Source: Spirochaetia bacterium
GTDB taxonomy: Bacteria > Spirochaetota > Spirochaetia > SZUA-6 > Bin103
DNA length: 64,000 bases
Assembly: GCA_965203055.1 (NCBI GenBank)
Contig: OZ241863.1
Span: 3,520,001-3,584,000 of the forward strand
Direction of reading: 5' to 3'
Part shown: one piece after another, positions 31,806 through 43,000 of the stretch
Layout: each line of letters starts with the position of its first letter
How positions within the stretch are numbered: the stretch's first letter is position 1
Made by a program: the position numbers and the translations under genes
The notes under the pieces: generated by a model
Told to the model about the DNA's origin: nothing
Seen by the model: the letters and a program-made list of their open reading frames with translations, nothing else
Database searches by the model: none

Positions 31806-31842
31806 TTTGGGATCCATCCATCAAGCGGCAAACCGTTTACAC

Positions 31843-32247
31843 TCAGCTTTCCGGCCAGACGCGCAGCCCGGGGACAGTGTTGAAGTGTCCGTCGAAAGTG
31901 ACGATAGTGGCCCCCAACTGAATACAATGAGCTGCGATCCAAACGTCATTCATGGGCAGCGGCGTACCGGCTTGGCGGAGGGCCTCCTTGGTTACCGCGA
32001 ACTGCTCGGAGGTTTCTTCAGTAGCTACGGCCACGAACACCGATGGCTTGTCGAGAAAGGAACTGAGCTCCAGCCGGTTCCGGGCATGTCGGTTCCCTCC
32101 GCGGAAGCCGTACAGGAGCTCACCCAGAACGAACACCGACATGAGCACCCTCTCGGCCCTGCCAAGCGCTTCCAACACGTCCGAGTTCCCGCGACGATAG
32201 GCACTGTACGCGTTGGTATCGAGCATGATCGACTTCATATCGATCAT
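31843..32247 (-). CDS. vapC: VapC PIN-domain toxin
   Basis: MLDTNAY, VLGELLYG, PMNDVWIAAH, VTFDGHF; TAATG overlap with the antitoxin. Confidence 0.93.
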   Translation of the reverse strand: MIDMKSIMLDTNAYSAYRRGNSDVLEALGRAERVLMSVFVLGELLYGFRGGNRHARNRLELSSFLDKPSVFVAVATEETSEQFAVTKEALRQAGTPLPMNDVWIAAHCIQLGATIVTFDGHFNTVPGLRVWPES

Positions 32248-32501
32248 TACCATTCGTCGGGCGCTACGTGTTCAAGATCCGCCAGCCGGTGTTTGAAGCG
32301 TCGATATTCTTCCTCGGACCAGCCGCCAAACAGGTCCTCGAAATCTGCCCGTCTATCGACCACGGCAGGTTTCTCTAGACCAAGCGATGCACGCAGCAGT
32401 CGCTTTACCAACCGGTTGATCGATATCCCCTCCCGCCGGGCATGTAATGCCAGCTCGTTGGCGAGATCGTCGTCGAGCTTATGTATGGTGATCGATTTCA
32501 T
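32247..32501 (-). CDS. Antitoxin (ribbon-helix-helix, VapB/FitA-like)
   Basis: MKSITIHKLDDDL..A.REGISIN..VK.LL, acidic C-terminus; directly upstream of the PIN gene. Confidence 0.85.
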   Translation of the reverse strand: MKSITIHKLDDDLANELALHARREGISINRLVKRLLRASLGLEKPAVVDRRADFEDLFGGWSEEEYRRFKHRLADLEHVAPDEW

Positions 32502-32538
32502 GGTTCATATGATAGCCGCAAAGTGGTTCATAGCGCAA
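32501..32538 (-). promoter_or_regulatory. TA promoter with repeated operator
   Basis: TTGCGC-18 nt-TATCAT, 7 nt before ATG; TATGAACCA occurs twice (in the spacer and at the start site). Confidence 0.6.
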
Positions 32539-32586
32539 GCGGCGGGCTACGTGCTTCATGCCGCGCCGGCGGGCACGGCCCGGACA

Positions 32587-32910
32587 TCATTCTCGCCGGC
32601 ACTCTGCATACTCTACCTCACTCGTTTCATAATCTATATCCCTCGACAACGAAGGTGTTTGATCGGCAGACAAGTCCAATCTGTATTCGATCCCTACTCT
32701 ATAAAGTGGTCTTCCACATCTTGGACAATTCAGATCATCACTAGGCAATATGGCTTCATCTTTGAAGACACCGTCAAGAATCCACCCTTGCCAAGCACAT
32801 GAATCTTCTTCAACTGCACAAACCGCATAGCTCACCCATGCGTGAGTAGGTTGCTCTATTTGATCACATGACAGCTCAATAAGACCACGATATTTCTGCG
32901 GAAATGGCAT
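32587..32910 (-). CDS. Hypothetical Cys-rich protein (possible zinc ribbon)
   Basis: CAVEEDSC and CPRC; GGAGG SD; low GC. Confidence 0.65.
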   Translation of the reverse strand: MPFPQKYRGLIELSCDQIEQPTHAWVSYAVCAVEEDSCAWQGWILDGVFKDEAILPSDDLNCPRCGRPLYRVGIEYRLDLSADQTPSLSRDIDYETSEVEYAECRRE

Positions 32911-32915
32911 TCGTT

Positions 32916-33695
32916 CTAATCCAACGGCCTCCGCGTATCATTCGGTAACCATATGCTGGAAACAATGGCAGCGGGACCCTCGTCCTCCGTATGATCTTCA
33001 TAGTCTTCAGGTGACAGCATGACGGTACCTCTTTCTTCTGTCGCGACACTGTGTTCGTTGCTCGCAAGGTCACGATAGACATTGATTCTGAAATCGTGCG
33101 TTTGACAGTCCGAACCAACAAGATCACGAATGAGATATTGATCCTCACGAATGAGAGTACGACTGATCGGCAATAGTGATTGTCGTTCAACTCTTGCCTT
33201 GAAGACTTCGATCAATTCATCAGCGCTATCCGAGCGCAAATCATGAATCAAGCTCTCGGCGGGAGTCGATACCCACAACCGGGCTTGGACCGGAGCACTG
33301 CTTCGGTCCATATGCGGTGTGTATAGCTGGTAGGTATCCTGCGTTTCTCCGGTAGCGAATAGCTGGCCGTCTGGCCGACTACGATATATGTTGATCCTGA
33401 AGTACAGTTCAGAGTCACTGACGAATATCATGTACTGAGATTCCAGGGACGCCTCAATCGGAGACTCCATGTCACTTGATGTCGAGTTGTGCAACGTCCA
33501 AAGGCTCTCCTGGGCAATTGATTCTTTCCAGCAGACCTCAGGAACGACAGTCTCCAGAGGGCGTAATCGATAAGTTCGCAGATGCTCACAGGTACCGAAT
33601 GACGTGCCGTGCTGATCTTTGTAGACGTCAGTCCGGAGATCATTGGAGGCTGTTCGTCCCTGGAGATGCTGGCCGACCAGGGTACTGATTGTCAT
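32916..33695 (-). CDS. Hypothetical protein with three internal repeats
   Basis: Low-GC open frame; TGC-TATAGT 7 nt before ATG 33695; repeated (F/L)R(I/T)(N/D)(V/I)Y(R/K) motif. Confidence 0.7.
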   Translation of the reverse strand: MTISTLVGQHLQGRTASNDLRTDVYKDQHGTSFGTCEHLRTYRLRPLETVVPEVCWKESIAQESLWTLHNSTSSDMESPIEASLESQYMIFVSDSELYFRINIYRSRPDGQLFATGETQDTYQLYTPHMDRSSAPVQARLWVSTPAESLIHDLRSDSADELIEVFKARVERQSLLPISRTLIREDQYLIRDLVGSDCQTHDFRINVYRDLASNEHSVATEERGTVMLSPEDYEDHTEDEGPAAIVSSIWLPNDTRRPLD

Positions 33696-33762
33696 CGCGG
33701 ATACTATAGCATGGCATGAGACGGCGCGCTCAATCTGACCGGCGCGCGTTGACGGTTGCTGC

Positions 33763-34785
33763 TTGGCGCTCCATGATCCGGGGAATGGACGCGCGGCGAC
33801 GAGGAGCGGAGTGATGCTCGATGGCCGGCCCGGCGCAGGTTCGTCGTCCGGGGAACGCGCCCGGGAGGTGAGCGTGGTGCGGGTGCGGGGGGCGGCGGGC
33901 TGCCGCCGGAACGACCTGCTCACGGTGGAGGAGCCGCTGGAGATCCGCGTCTGCCACGCCGGCGGGGCGGCCGCGGACGGCGAGCGCAGCGTGGCCGTGA
34001 CCATGCGCACGCCGGGACACGACCACGAACTGGCGGCGGGATTCCTGTTCTGCGAAGGGTTTTTCAAGTGCCCGGAGGAACTGGAGGGAGTGAGTTACTG
34101 CGGGCGCGAGGGCAACGTGGTGCGCGTCACGCTGACCGGTGCGCCGGTCCGTGCGAACACGCGCGGCGAGGATGCGCGCGGCAACCTCCTGGCGGCGAAT
34201 TCGAGTTGCGGGGTATGCGGCAAGGCATCGATCGACGACGTACTGGCAACGCTGCCCAAACCGGTGGCGCAGACCGCGCGCGGCGCTGCCGCCCCCGCGG
34301 TGCCGGCGGCGGTCCTGCACCGGCTGCCGGAGGAGCTGCGGCGCCACCAGCGCACCTTCGCGCAGACCGGCGGCCTGCACGCCGCGGCGCTGTTCGAGCC
34401 GGACGGCCGGCTGCAGCTTCTGCGCGAGGACGTGGGACGGCACAACGCCCTGGACAAGTTGATCGGCCGCGCGGTGCTGGAGGCGCGGCTGCCGCTGCCG
34501 GAAGCGGTGGTGCTGTTCAGCGGGCGCACCGGCTTCGAGCTGGTGCAGAAGGCCGCCTGCGCCGGGATCCGCTTTCTGGCCGCGGTGGGGGCGCCGTCCA
34601 GTCTGGCGTGCGAGTTGGCCGGCGAGCTCGGCATCACCCTGGTGGGGTTCCTGCGCGGCGGGCGCTTCAACATCTATACGGGCGCGCAACGGGTGACCGG
34701 CATCGCCGGCGCCGAGCCGGCGCGCGGCGCTACTCCTGCGCCGGCGGCCGGTTCTGCACGAACTGGAAGCCGAACCGGCCCTTGA
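33763..34785 (+). CDS. fdhD: Formate dehydrogenase accessory sulfurtransferase (start uncertain)
   Basis: VEEPLEI, TMRTPG, SSCGVCG, TGGLHAA, EDVGRHNALDKL, APSSLA. Confidence 0.95.
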   Translation: MALHDPGNGRAATRSGVMLDGRPGAGSSSGERAREVSVVRVRGAAGCRRNDLLTVEEPLEIRVCHAGGAAADGERSVAVTMRTPGHDHELAAGFLFCEGFFKCPEELEGVSYCGREGNVVRVTLTGAPVRANTRGEDARGNLLAANSSCGVCGKASIDDVLATLPKPVAQTARGAAAPAVPAAVLHRLPEELRRHQRTFAQTGGLHAAALFEPDGRLQLLREDVGRHNALDKLIGRAVLEARLPLPEAVVLFSGRTGFELVQKAACAGIRFLAAVGAPSSLACELAGELGITLVGFLRGGRFNIYTGAQRVTGIAGAEPARGATPAPAAGSARTGSRTGP

Positions 34786-35665
34786 TGCAGAGGTGGCCGC
34801 TGGTAACCGAGTGGTCCTCCGGCGACGTCACCTTCACGATCTCCTGCTCCTGGACGTGCAGATCCAGATTGCAGCCCACCCCGCAATAGGGACAGACGGT
34901 GCGCGTCACGCTCTGCCGTGACTCGTCCCAGGTACCCTGTTCGCGGTGGTCGTACTCGCTCTTGAACATCAGCGCGCCGGTGGGGCACACGCCGATGCAG
35001 TTGCCGCAGTAGACGCAGGCCGAGTCGGGCAGCGGGCGCTCGAATTCGGTGGCGATGCGGGCGTCGAAGCCGCGCCCGGCCACCGCTATGGCGAAGGTGT
35101 TCTGGGCGTCCTCGCCGCATGCTTCCACGCACTTGTAGCAGAGGATGCAACGCTTGTAGTCGCGCACGTAGAGGTCGTCCTGGACCTTGACCGGCTGGCC
35201 GACGGTAGCCGCGGCGCGCCCGTCGGGGTCGGCATGGTGACCGGCGTGCCGCTGCTCCCGTTCCCCGGCCGCGGCGGCCGGCGCCGGCGGCCCGAAGCGC
35301 TCCGGTTCGGCGCCGTACCGCTCCTGCCAATGGCCTAGCGCGGCGTCGGCCCGGGTCAGGTCCACCGACGAAGCGAGCAGCTCCAGCACCAGGCGGCGGC
35401 TGCGGCGCACCCGTTCGGAGTCGGTGCGCACCTGCATGCCGGCGGCCGCGGCGCGGGCGCAGGCCGGCACCAGGGCGCGCGCCCCCTCCAGCTCCACCAC
35501 GCATACCCGGCAGGCGTTCACCGGCGTCAGGTTGGCCGCGAAGCAGAGGGTTGGGGTGGCGATGCCGGCCGCCCGGCAGGCATCCAGGATCGTCGCCCCC
35601 TCGCGCACCTGCACCGCGGCACCATCCACCGTCAATTCCACCGTGCGGGCCGCATCCGTCATCAT
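34730..35665 (-). CDS. Fe-S subunit: [2Fe-2S] + 2x[4Fe-4S] + molybdopterin-oxidoreductase N-terminal [4Fe-4S] domain
   Basis: PTLC..ACRVC..C; CILCYKCVEAC; CVYCGNCIGVCP; C-terminal TVCPYCGVGC...LCIKGRFG. Confidence 0.92.
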   Translation of the reverse strand: MMTDAARTVELTVDGAAVQVREGATILDACRAAGIATPTLCFAANLTPVNACRVCVVELEGARALVPACARAAAAGMQVRTDSERVRRSRRLVLELLASSVDLTRADAALGHWQERYGAEPERFGPPAPAAAAGEREQRHAGHHADPDGRAAATVGQPVKVQDDLYVRDYKRCILCYKCVEACGEDAQNTFAIAVAGRGFDARIATEFERPLPDSACVYCGNCIGVCPTGALMFKSEYDHREQGTWDESRQSVTRTVCPYCGVGCNLDLHVQEQEIVKVTSPEDHSVTSGHLCIKGRFGFQFVQNRPPAQE

Positions 35666-37558
35666 TTACCGTCCCTCCTGTTCCAGGAGCCCCAGGGCCA
35701 GCGCCGACTGCAGCGCCCCGGCCGCGGTGTGCCCCAACGCGCAGATCGACGCGTCGCCCATCACCTGCGCCAGATCCTCCAGCAGCGCCCGCTCGCGGCC
35801 GCCGCCGGTCCGGCACAGGCGCGCCAGCGACTCCTCCTGGCGCACCGTCCCCACCCGGCACGGCACGCACTGGCCGCACGACTCGTCGCGGAAGAAGCGC
35901 GCGATGCGGCGCACGACGCCGGGGAAATCGGTCGCCGGCGCAAACGGCATCACCACCCCCGAACCGAGGGTGGCGCCGATCGCACGGGTGCCTTCGAAGG
36001 TCAGCGGCACGTCCAGGTGCTCGGGACCGACGAAGCTGCCGGCGGCGCCGCCCAGCAGCACGGCGCGCGGCGGGCCGCCGACCGTGCCGCCCGCCAGCTC
36101 CAGGAGCTGCCGCAGGGTGACCCCGAACTCCACCTCGTAGACCCCGGGCACCGCCACCGCGCCCGACAGGCAGAACAGCTTGGTGCCGGTGGACTCGGCG
36201 GTACCGCGCGCGGCATAGGCGCGCCCGCCGGCCAGCACGATCGGCAGCAGGTTGGCCAGCGTCTCGACGTTGTTGATGACGGTGGGCTTGCCGAACAGCC
36301 CGGCCTCGGTGGGATAGGGCGGCTTGCTGCGCGGCTCGCCGCGAAACCCCTCCAGCGAGTTGAACAGGGCGGTCTCCTCGCCGCAGATATACGCCCCGGC
36401 GCCGCGCCGCAGGTCGACGTCGAAGGCCGCGCCCGCGCCCAGGACGTCGCCGCCGAGCAACCCGCGGGCGCGCGCCGCGGCGATGGCGCGCTGCAGGCGC
36501 TCGACGGCCAGGGGGTACTCGCCGCGCACGTACAGATAGCCCTGGGCGGCGCCGGTCGCGAAGCCGGCAATGGTCAGCGCCTCGATCACCGCGAACGGGT
36601 CCTGCTCCATGAGCACCCGGTCCTTGAAGGTGCCCGGCTCCGACTCGTCGGCGTTGCCCACCACGTAGTGGGGGCGCGCCGCGGCGTGGGCCACCGCTTC
36701 CCACTTGGCGGCGGCCGGGAAGGCCGCGCCGCCGCGGCCCAGCAACCGGGAATCGCGCAGCTCGCGCAGCACTCCCTCCGGGCCCAGCTCGAAGGCGCGC
36801 CGCAGGGCGGCGTACCCCCCGCGGCGGCGGTAGTCGTCGATGCTCTCGGGATTCACCGCGCCGACCCGCCGCAGCAGGGTCAGCTCGGCGTCCGCGCCGC
36901 GGCGCGCGGTCTGCGGCGCGGACGCGCGGGTGGCGGCCGAGGCGTCGCCCGCCGCCGGCGCGGCGCCGGCGCTGCCCGCCGCAAGCGCCCCGGCCACCGT
37001 CTCCGCGGCGGCCGGGGCGCTGGTCGTGTGCCGGTCGCCGGCCAGTTGCAGAAATACCGCCGGCGCCCGCTCGCACAGGCCCAGGCACGGGCTCGTCATC
37101 CAGGCGGCGCCCGCGCTGCGGGGGCCTGCGGACGCCGGGTCATGGGCCGGGCCGAGAAGCTGTTCCAGCCGCCGGCAGAGCTGCGCCGCGCCGGCGCCGC
37201 GGCAGACGATGTCGTCGCACACGTGGGCAACGCGCGGCGGCCGTTCCTCGGTGGCCAGCAAGGCGTAGAAGGTAGCCACGCCGTAAGCCTCCGCGGGGGG
37301 CACCTGCAGCCGCCCGCAGACGTAGTCCAGCGCCGCCGGGCTGATCCAGCCGACCTGATCCTGCACCCCGTGCAGCGCCGGCAGCAGCAGGTGCCGCGTG
37401 CCGCGCCGGGCGCGGGCGCCGCCGACCTCGATGCGCCCGCCGGCCGCGGCGCGCTGCAGGTCGGGGCCGGCCGGCGCCGGCACCGCGCCGTCCAGCACGG
37501 CGTCGACCGCGGCGCGCTCGGCGGCGGTCGGCTCCGCGGCGGCGAGGCGCAGATCCAT
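35666..37558 (-). CDS. NuoE-NuoF-like fused diaphorase subunit of NAD-linked formate dehydrogenase
   Basis: GVATFY, CDDIVC..CLGLC (NuoE-like); GRGGAAFP, NADESEPGTFKDR, GAGAYICGEETAL, ESCGQCVPCRVG (NuoF-like). Confidence 0.92.
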   Translation of the reverse strand: MDLRLAAAEPTAAERAAVDAVLDGAVPAPAGPDLQRAAAGGRIEVGGARARRGTRHLLLPALHGVQDQVGWISPAALDYVCGRLQVPPAEAYGVATFYALLATEERPPRVAHVCDDIVCRGAGAAQLCRRLEQLLGPAHDPASAGPRSAGAAWMTSPCLGLCERAPAVFLQLAGDRHTTSAPAAAETVAGALAAGSAGAAPAAGDASAATRASAPQTARRGADAELTLLRRVGAVNPESIDDYRRRGGYAALRRAFELGPEGVLRELRDSRLLGRGGAAFPAAAKWEAVAHAAARPHYVVGNADESEPGTFKDRVLMEQDPFAVIEALTIAGFATGAAQGYLYVRGEYPLAVERLQRAIAAARARGLLGGDVLGAGAAFDVDLRRGAGAYICGEETALFNSLEGFRGEPRSKPPYPTEAGLFGKPTVINNVETLANLLPIVLAGGRAYAARGTAESTGTKLFCLSGAVAVPGVYEVEFGVTLRQLLELAGGTVGGPPRAVLLGGAAGSFVGPEHLDVPLTFEGTRAIGATLGSGVVMPFAPATDFPGVVRRIARFFRDESCGQCVPCRVGTVRQEESLARLCRTGGGRERALLEDLAQVMGDASICALGHTAAGALQSALALGLLEQEGR

Positions 37559-39456
37559 CAGCGCGCCGCCAGCTTGTCGATGCGCACCGCGGTGGCCTTG
37601 AACTCGGCGGTGCCCGACTTGCGGTCCCAGGCATCGATGGTGAGCAGGTTGGTATCCACCTGGTCGGGAAAGTGAAGGGTCATGAATACCAGCCCCGGGC
37701 GCAGCCCGCCGGTGTAGCGGGCGGTGACTTCGAGGCTGCCGCGGCGCGAACTCACCTGCACCCGTTCGCCGTCGGCCACCCCCAGGCGGCGGCCGTCCGC
37801 CGGACAGATGTCGAGCGCGGCCGCGCGCCGGAGCGGCGAGCGGAAGCCGCCGCTCTGCACCCCGGTGTTGTAGGAATCGAGCGTGCGGCCGGTGGTCAGG
37901 CGCAACGGGAATTGATCATCCAGCGCATCCACCGGCGGCTGGTGCGCTACCGGATGGAACGGCGCCGGCGGCCCCTCCAGCGGCGTCCGCCACAGGCGCC
38001 CGTGCAGGAACTGGCTGCCGGGATCCTGCTCATCGGCGCATGGCCACTGGATGCCGCCCAGCTCCTCCAGCCGCGCGTAGCTCATGCCGGCGTGCATCGG
38101 CGACAGCGAACGCAGCTCATCCCATACCTGCCGCGCGGCCGGCGCGCCCCAGTCGTGCCCGAGGCGCGCGGCCAGGGCGCACAGTATCGCCACGTCGTCG
38201 CGCGCCTGCCCCGGCGGCTCAAGCGCCTTGCGCACCCGCTGGACGCGCCGCTCGCTGCTGGTAACGGTGCCCTCCGTCTCCGCCCAGGAGGCCGCCGCCG
38301 GCAGCACCACGTCGGCCAGCTCGGCGGTGCGGGTGAACAGGATGTCCTGCACGATGAGGTGGTCCAGACCGCCGAGCAGCGCCCGCGCCCGCGTCGCGTC
38401 GGCCTCCGACTGCGCCGGGTTTTCGCCGATGACGTACAGCGTCGTGAGCTCGCCGCGCTCCATCGCTTCGAACATGAGCGACAGATGCCAGCCGGCGCGC
38501 GCCGGCAGCGCGCAGCCCCAGGCGGCCTCGAACCGGGCGCGCAGCGCCGCGTCCTCCACGTCCTGAAAGCCGGGCAGCTTGTTCGGTATCGCTCCCATGT
38601 CGCCCCCGCCCTGGACGTTGTTCTGCCCGCGCAACGGATTGAGCCCCGAACCGTAGCGCCCCACGTGGCCGGTCAGGAGGCCGAGGTTGATCAGCGCCAA
38701 CACGTTGTCCACGGCGTTGTGGTGTTCGGTGATGCCCAGGGTCCAGCAGAGCTGGGCGCGGTCGGCGGTGGCATAGGCGTGGGCCAACTCGCGGATGGCG
38801 GCGCGCGGCACGCCGGTCAGCGCTTCGCCCCGCTCCAGGGTGAACGGCTCCACCGAGCGCCGATACTCCTCGAAGCCCGCGGTGGCGTGCTCGATGAAGG
38901 CCCGGTTCTCCAGCCCGGCGGCAATGATCTCGCGGCCCACCGTGTTGGCCAGCGCCACGTCGGAGCCGACGTCCAGGCCCAGCCACAGATCCGCCCACTG
39001 CGCGGAACCGGTGCGGCGGGGGTCGACGGCGATCATGCGCGCCCCGCGCCGGATCCCCTTGAGCACGTGGTGGAAGTAGATCGGATGGGTCTCGCGGGCG
39101 TTGGAGCCCCACAGGATGATCAGGTCGGTGTCCTCGATCTCCTGATACGAACTGGTACCGCCCCCGGCGCCAAATACCGCCGCCAGACCGACGACGCTCG
39201 GCGCGTGTCAGGTGCGGTTGCAGCTATCGATGTTGTTGCTGCCGACCGCCGCCCGGGCGAACTTCTGGGCCAGGAAGTTCATCTCGTTGGTGGCCTTGGA
39301 GCAACTGAACAGCCCGAACGAACGGGTGGGGCCGCGTTCGATGGCCGCGCGCAGGCCCTGCGCCGCCCGTTCCAGTGCCTGTTCCCAGCTCGCCGGGCGG
39401 AGCTTGCCGCCGCTGCGCACCAGTGGCTCGGTGAGTCGCGTGTATGACTGTGCCAT
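37558..39456 (-). CDS. Formate dehydrogenase catalytic subunit, selenocysteine-containing (632 aa; UGA at 39210-39208)
   Basis: ORFs 39208..39456 and 37558..39066 are in one frame joined by IDSCNRT-U-HAPSVVGL; PLRGQNNVQG, LTTGR and EFKATAV motifs. Confidence 0.93.
39166..39207 (-). promoter_or_regulatory. Bacterial SECIS element
   Basis: 3' of UGA: GCGCCGA/UUGGCGC lower stem, GUCGUC/GGCGGC upper stem, apical loop GGUCU. Confidence 0.8.
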
Positions 39457-39578
39457 GATCTTGCCGCGCCCACTCTACCGGGTAGCGCCCGCGCGGTCTA
39501 TCGGGTAGCCGGGTGGCCTGGTGGCCTAGTGGCGGCCTCGATCAGTTGACGGATGCGGAATCGGTGCGGCATGTTTGA

Positions 39579-41711
<2,133 letters not shown>

Positions 41712-41734
41712 GCGCAGCGCGGCGCGCGCCGTAG

Positions 41735-43000
41735 TCAGTCGGCGTTCGGCCAGGGAGCGATCGTTCCGTTGGCGGCGCAGGCCGGCAGGTAGCCGCTCTC
41801 CTGAGTGAGCGCGGCGCCTCCGGCGCGCGCCCGGTCCACGGCCGCGCGGCTGAGCAGCAGGGTTTCCAGGGCCAGGGTGTTGCGGATGCGCACTGCCGCC
41901 GCCTCCTGCGCGGCAGTGCCGCAGGTGCGCACCGCCCACTGCAGCGCTTCGGCGTCGCTCGCCGCTGCCAGCGGCATGCGGCCGCGCTCCAGGAAGGTGC
42001 TGGTGAGCACGTTGGCGTTGGTGACCGCGTGGTCCACCTGCTGCCGGCAGCGGCTGGTGGTGACGTCGGCCAGACCGATGCCGAGCGCGTTGCCATGCGA
42101 CGCCGCGCTCAGGCCGAGCACCACGATACGGCGCACCTGCGGGGCCTCCGGTTCCGCGACGCCGGCGATGCCGATCCGTCCGATCACGTTGGTGTCCATG
42201 CCGGTGCCGCTGATCTCCTTGCCGATCTCGTCCACGACCAGCAGGTCGATCCGCTCCAGCGGCAGCCCCGCCATGCGGCGGCGGGCCAGCGCCAGACACT
42301 CCGCTTCCCGCGCCGGGATGTCGGCGGCGCGCGCTGCGCGCACCGCGGCGGTCTGCTCGCGGCCATCCTCCACCAGCGCCACGCCGCCCAGCAGCTTGCC
42401 GGACGCCAGCACCACGTCGAATGCGGGCCGGATCAGGTGCGCCAGCCCGTGCACGCCGTGAAAGTGGACGGCCTCGGCGCCGGCGCGCTTGCCAAGCCCG
42501 ATCACCGCCATCTTGATCAGGCCGCTCTCCACCGGTCCGTGGAAGTCGGTGTGCGGCTTGACGCGGTTGACCACCAGCACGGCGTCCGCCTGCCAGGCGT
42601 TGCGATCCATGAACACGCGCACCGCCGGCTCGCCGGCGCTGCCCAGCTCCACCGCCTCCATGGTGGCGCGCACCGGCGCGCCCATCGCTTGCGGCGTGAT
42701 CCCCCAGCCGGCCAGCACCGCGCGCTGCCCGGCGGCCGTGGCGCCGCCGTGGCTGCCCATGGCCGGCACGATGAACGGTTCGGCGCCGCGCCGGCGCAGC
42801 CAGTCCACGACGCGGCGCGCCGCCAGCGCGTAGTTGGCCACCCCGCGGCTGCCCAGGCCAACCGCGATGCGCCGCCCGGCAACGTCGCCGGCGCGAAACG
42901 TATCGGCCAGCGACCGCTCCACCGCGGCCCCCACGTCGGCCAACGCCGCGCTTGGCAGGCGGCGGCTGAAGCGCGCCAAGCGCGGTAGCTCCTGCTGCAT
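41735..43000 (-). CDS. Lactate racemase (LarA)-like N-terminal domain protein
   Basis: GSRGV, VPAMGSHGGAT, NRVKPHTDF, ESGLIKMAVIGLGK, GKEISGTGMDTNV. Confidence 0.8.
   Translation of the reverse strand: MQQELPRLARFSRRLPSAALADVGAAVERSLADTFRAGDVAGRRIAVGLGSRGVANYALAARRVVDWLRRRGAEPFIVPAMGSHGGATAAGQRAVLAGWGITPQAMGAPVRATMEAVELGSAGEPAVRVFMDRNAWQADAVLVVNRVKPHTDFHGPVESGLIKMAVIGLGKRAGAEAVHFHGVHGLAHLIRPAFDVVLASGKLLGGVALVEDGREQTAAVRAARAADIPAREAECLALARRRMAGLPLERIDLLVVDEIGKEISGTGMDTNVIGRIGIAGVAEPEAPQVRRIVVLGLSAASHGNALGIGLADVTTSRCRQQVDHAVTNANVLTSTFLERGRMPLAAASDAEALQWAVRTCGTAAQEAAAVRIRNTLALETLLLSRAAVDRARAGGAALTQESGYLPACAANGTIAPWPNAD

Noticed and set aside
39208..39210. Premature stop making fdh a pseudogene
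   Set aside because: The codon sits at the Sec/Cys ligand position and is followed by a SECIS-like hairpin
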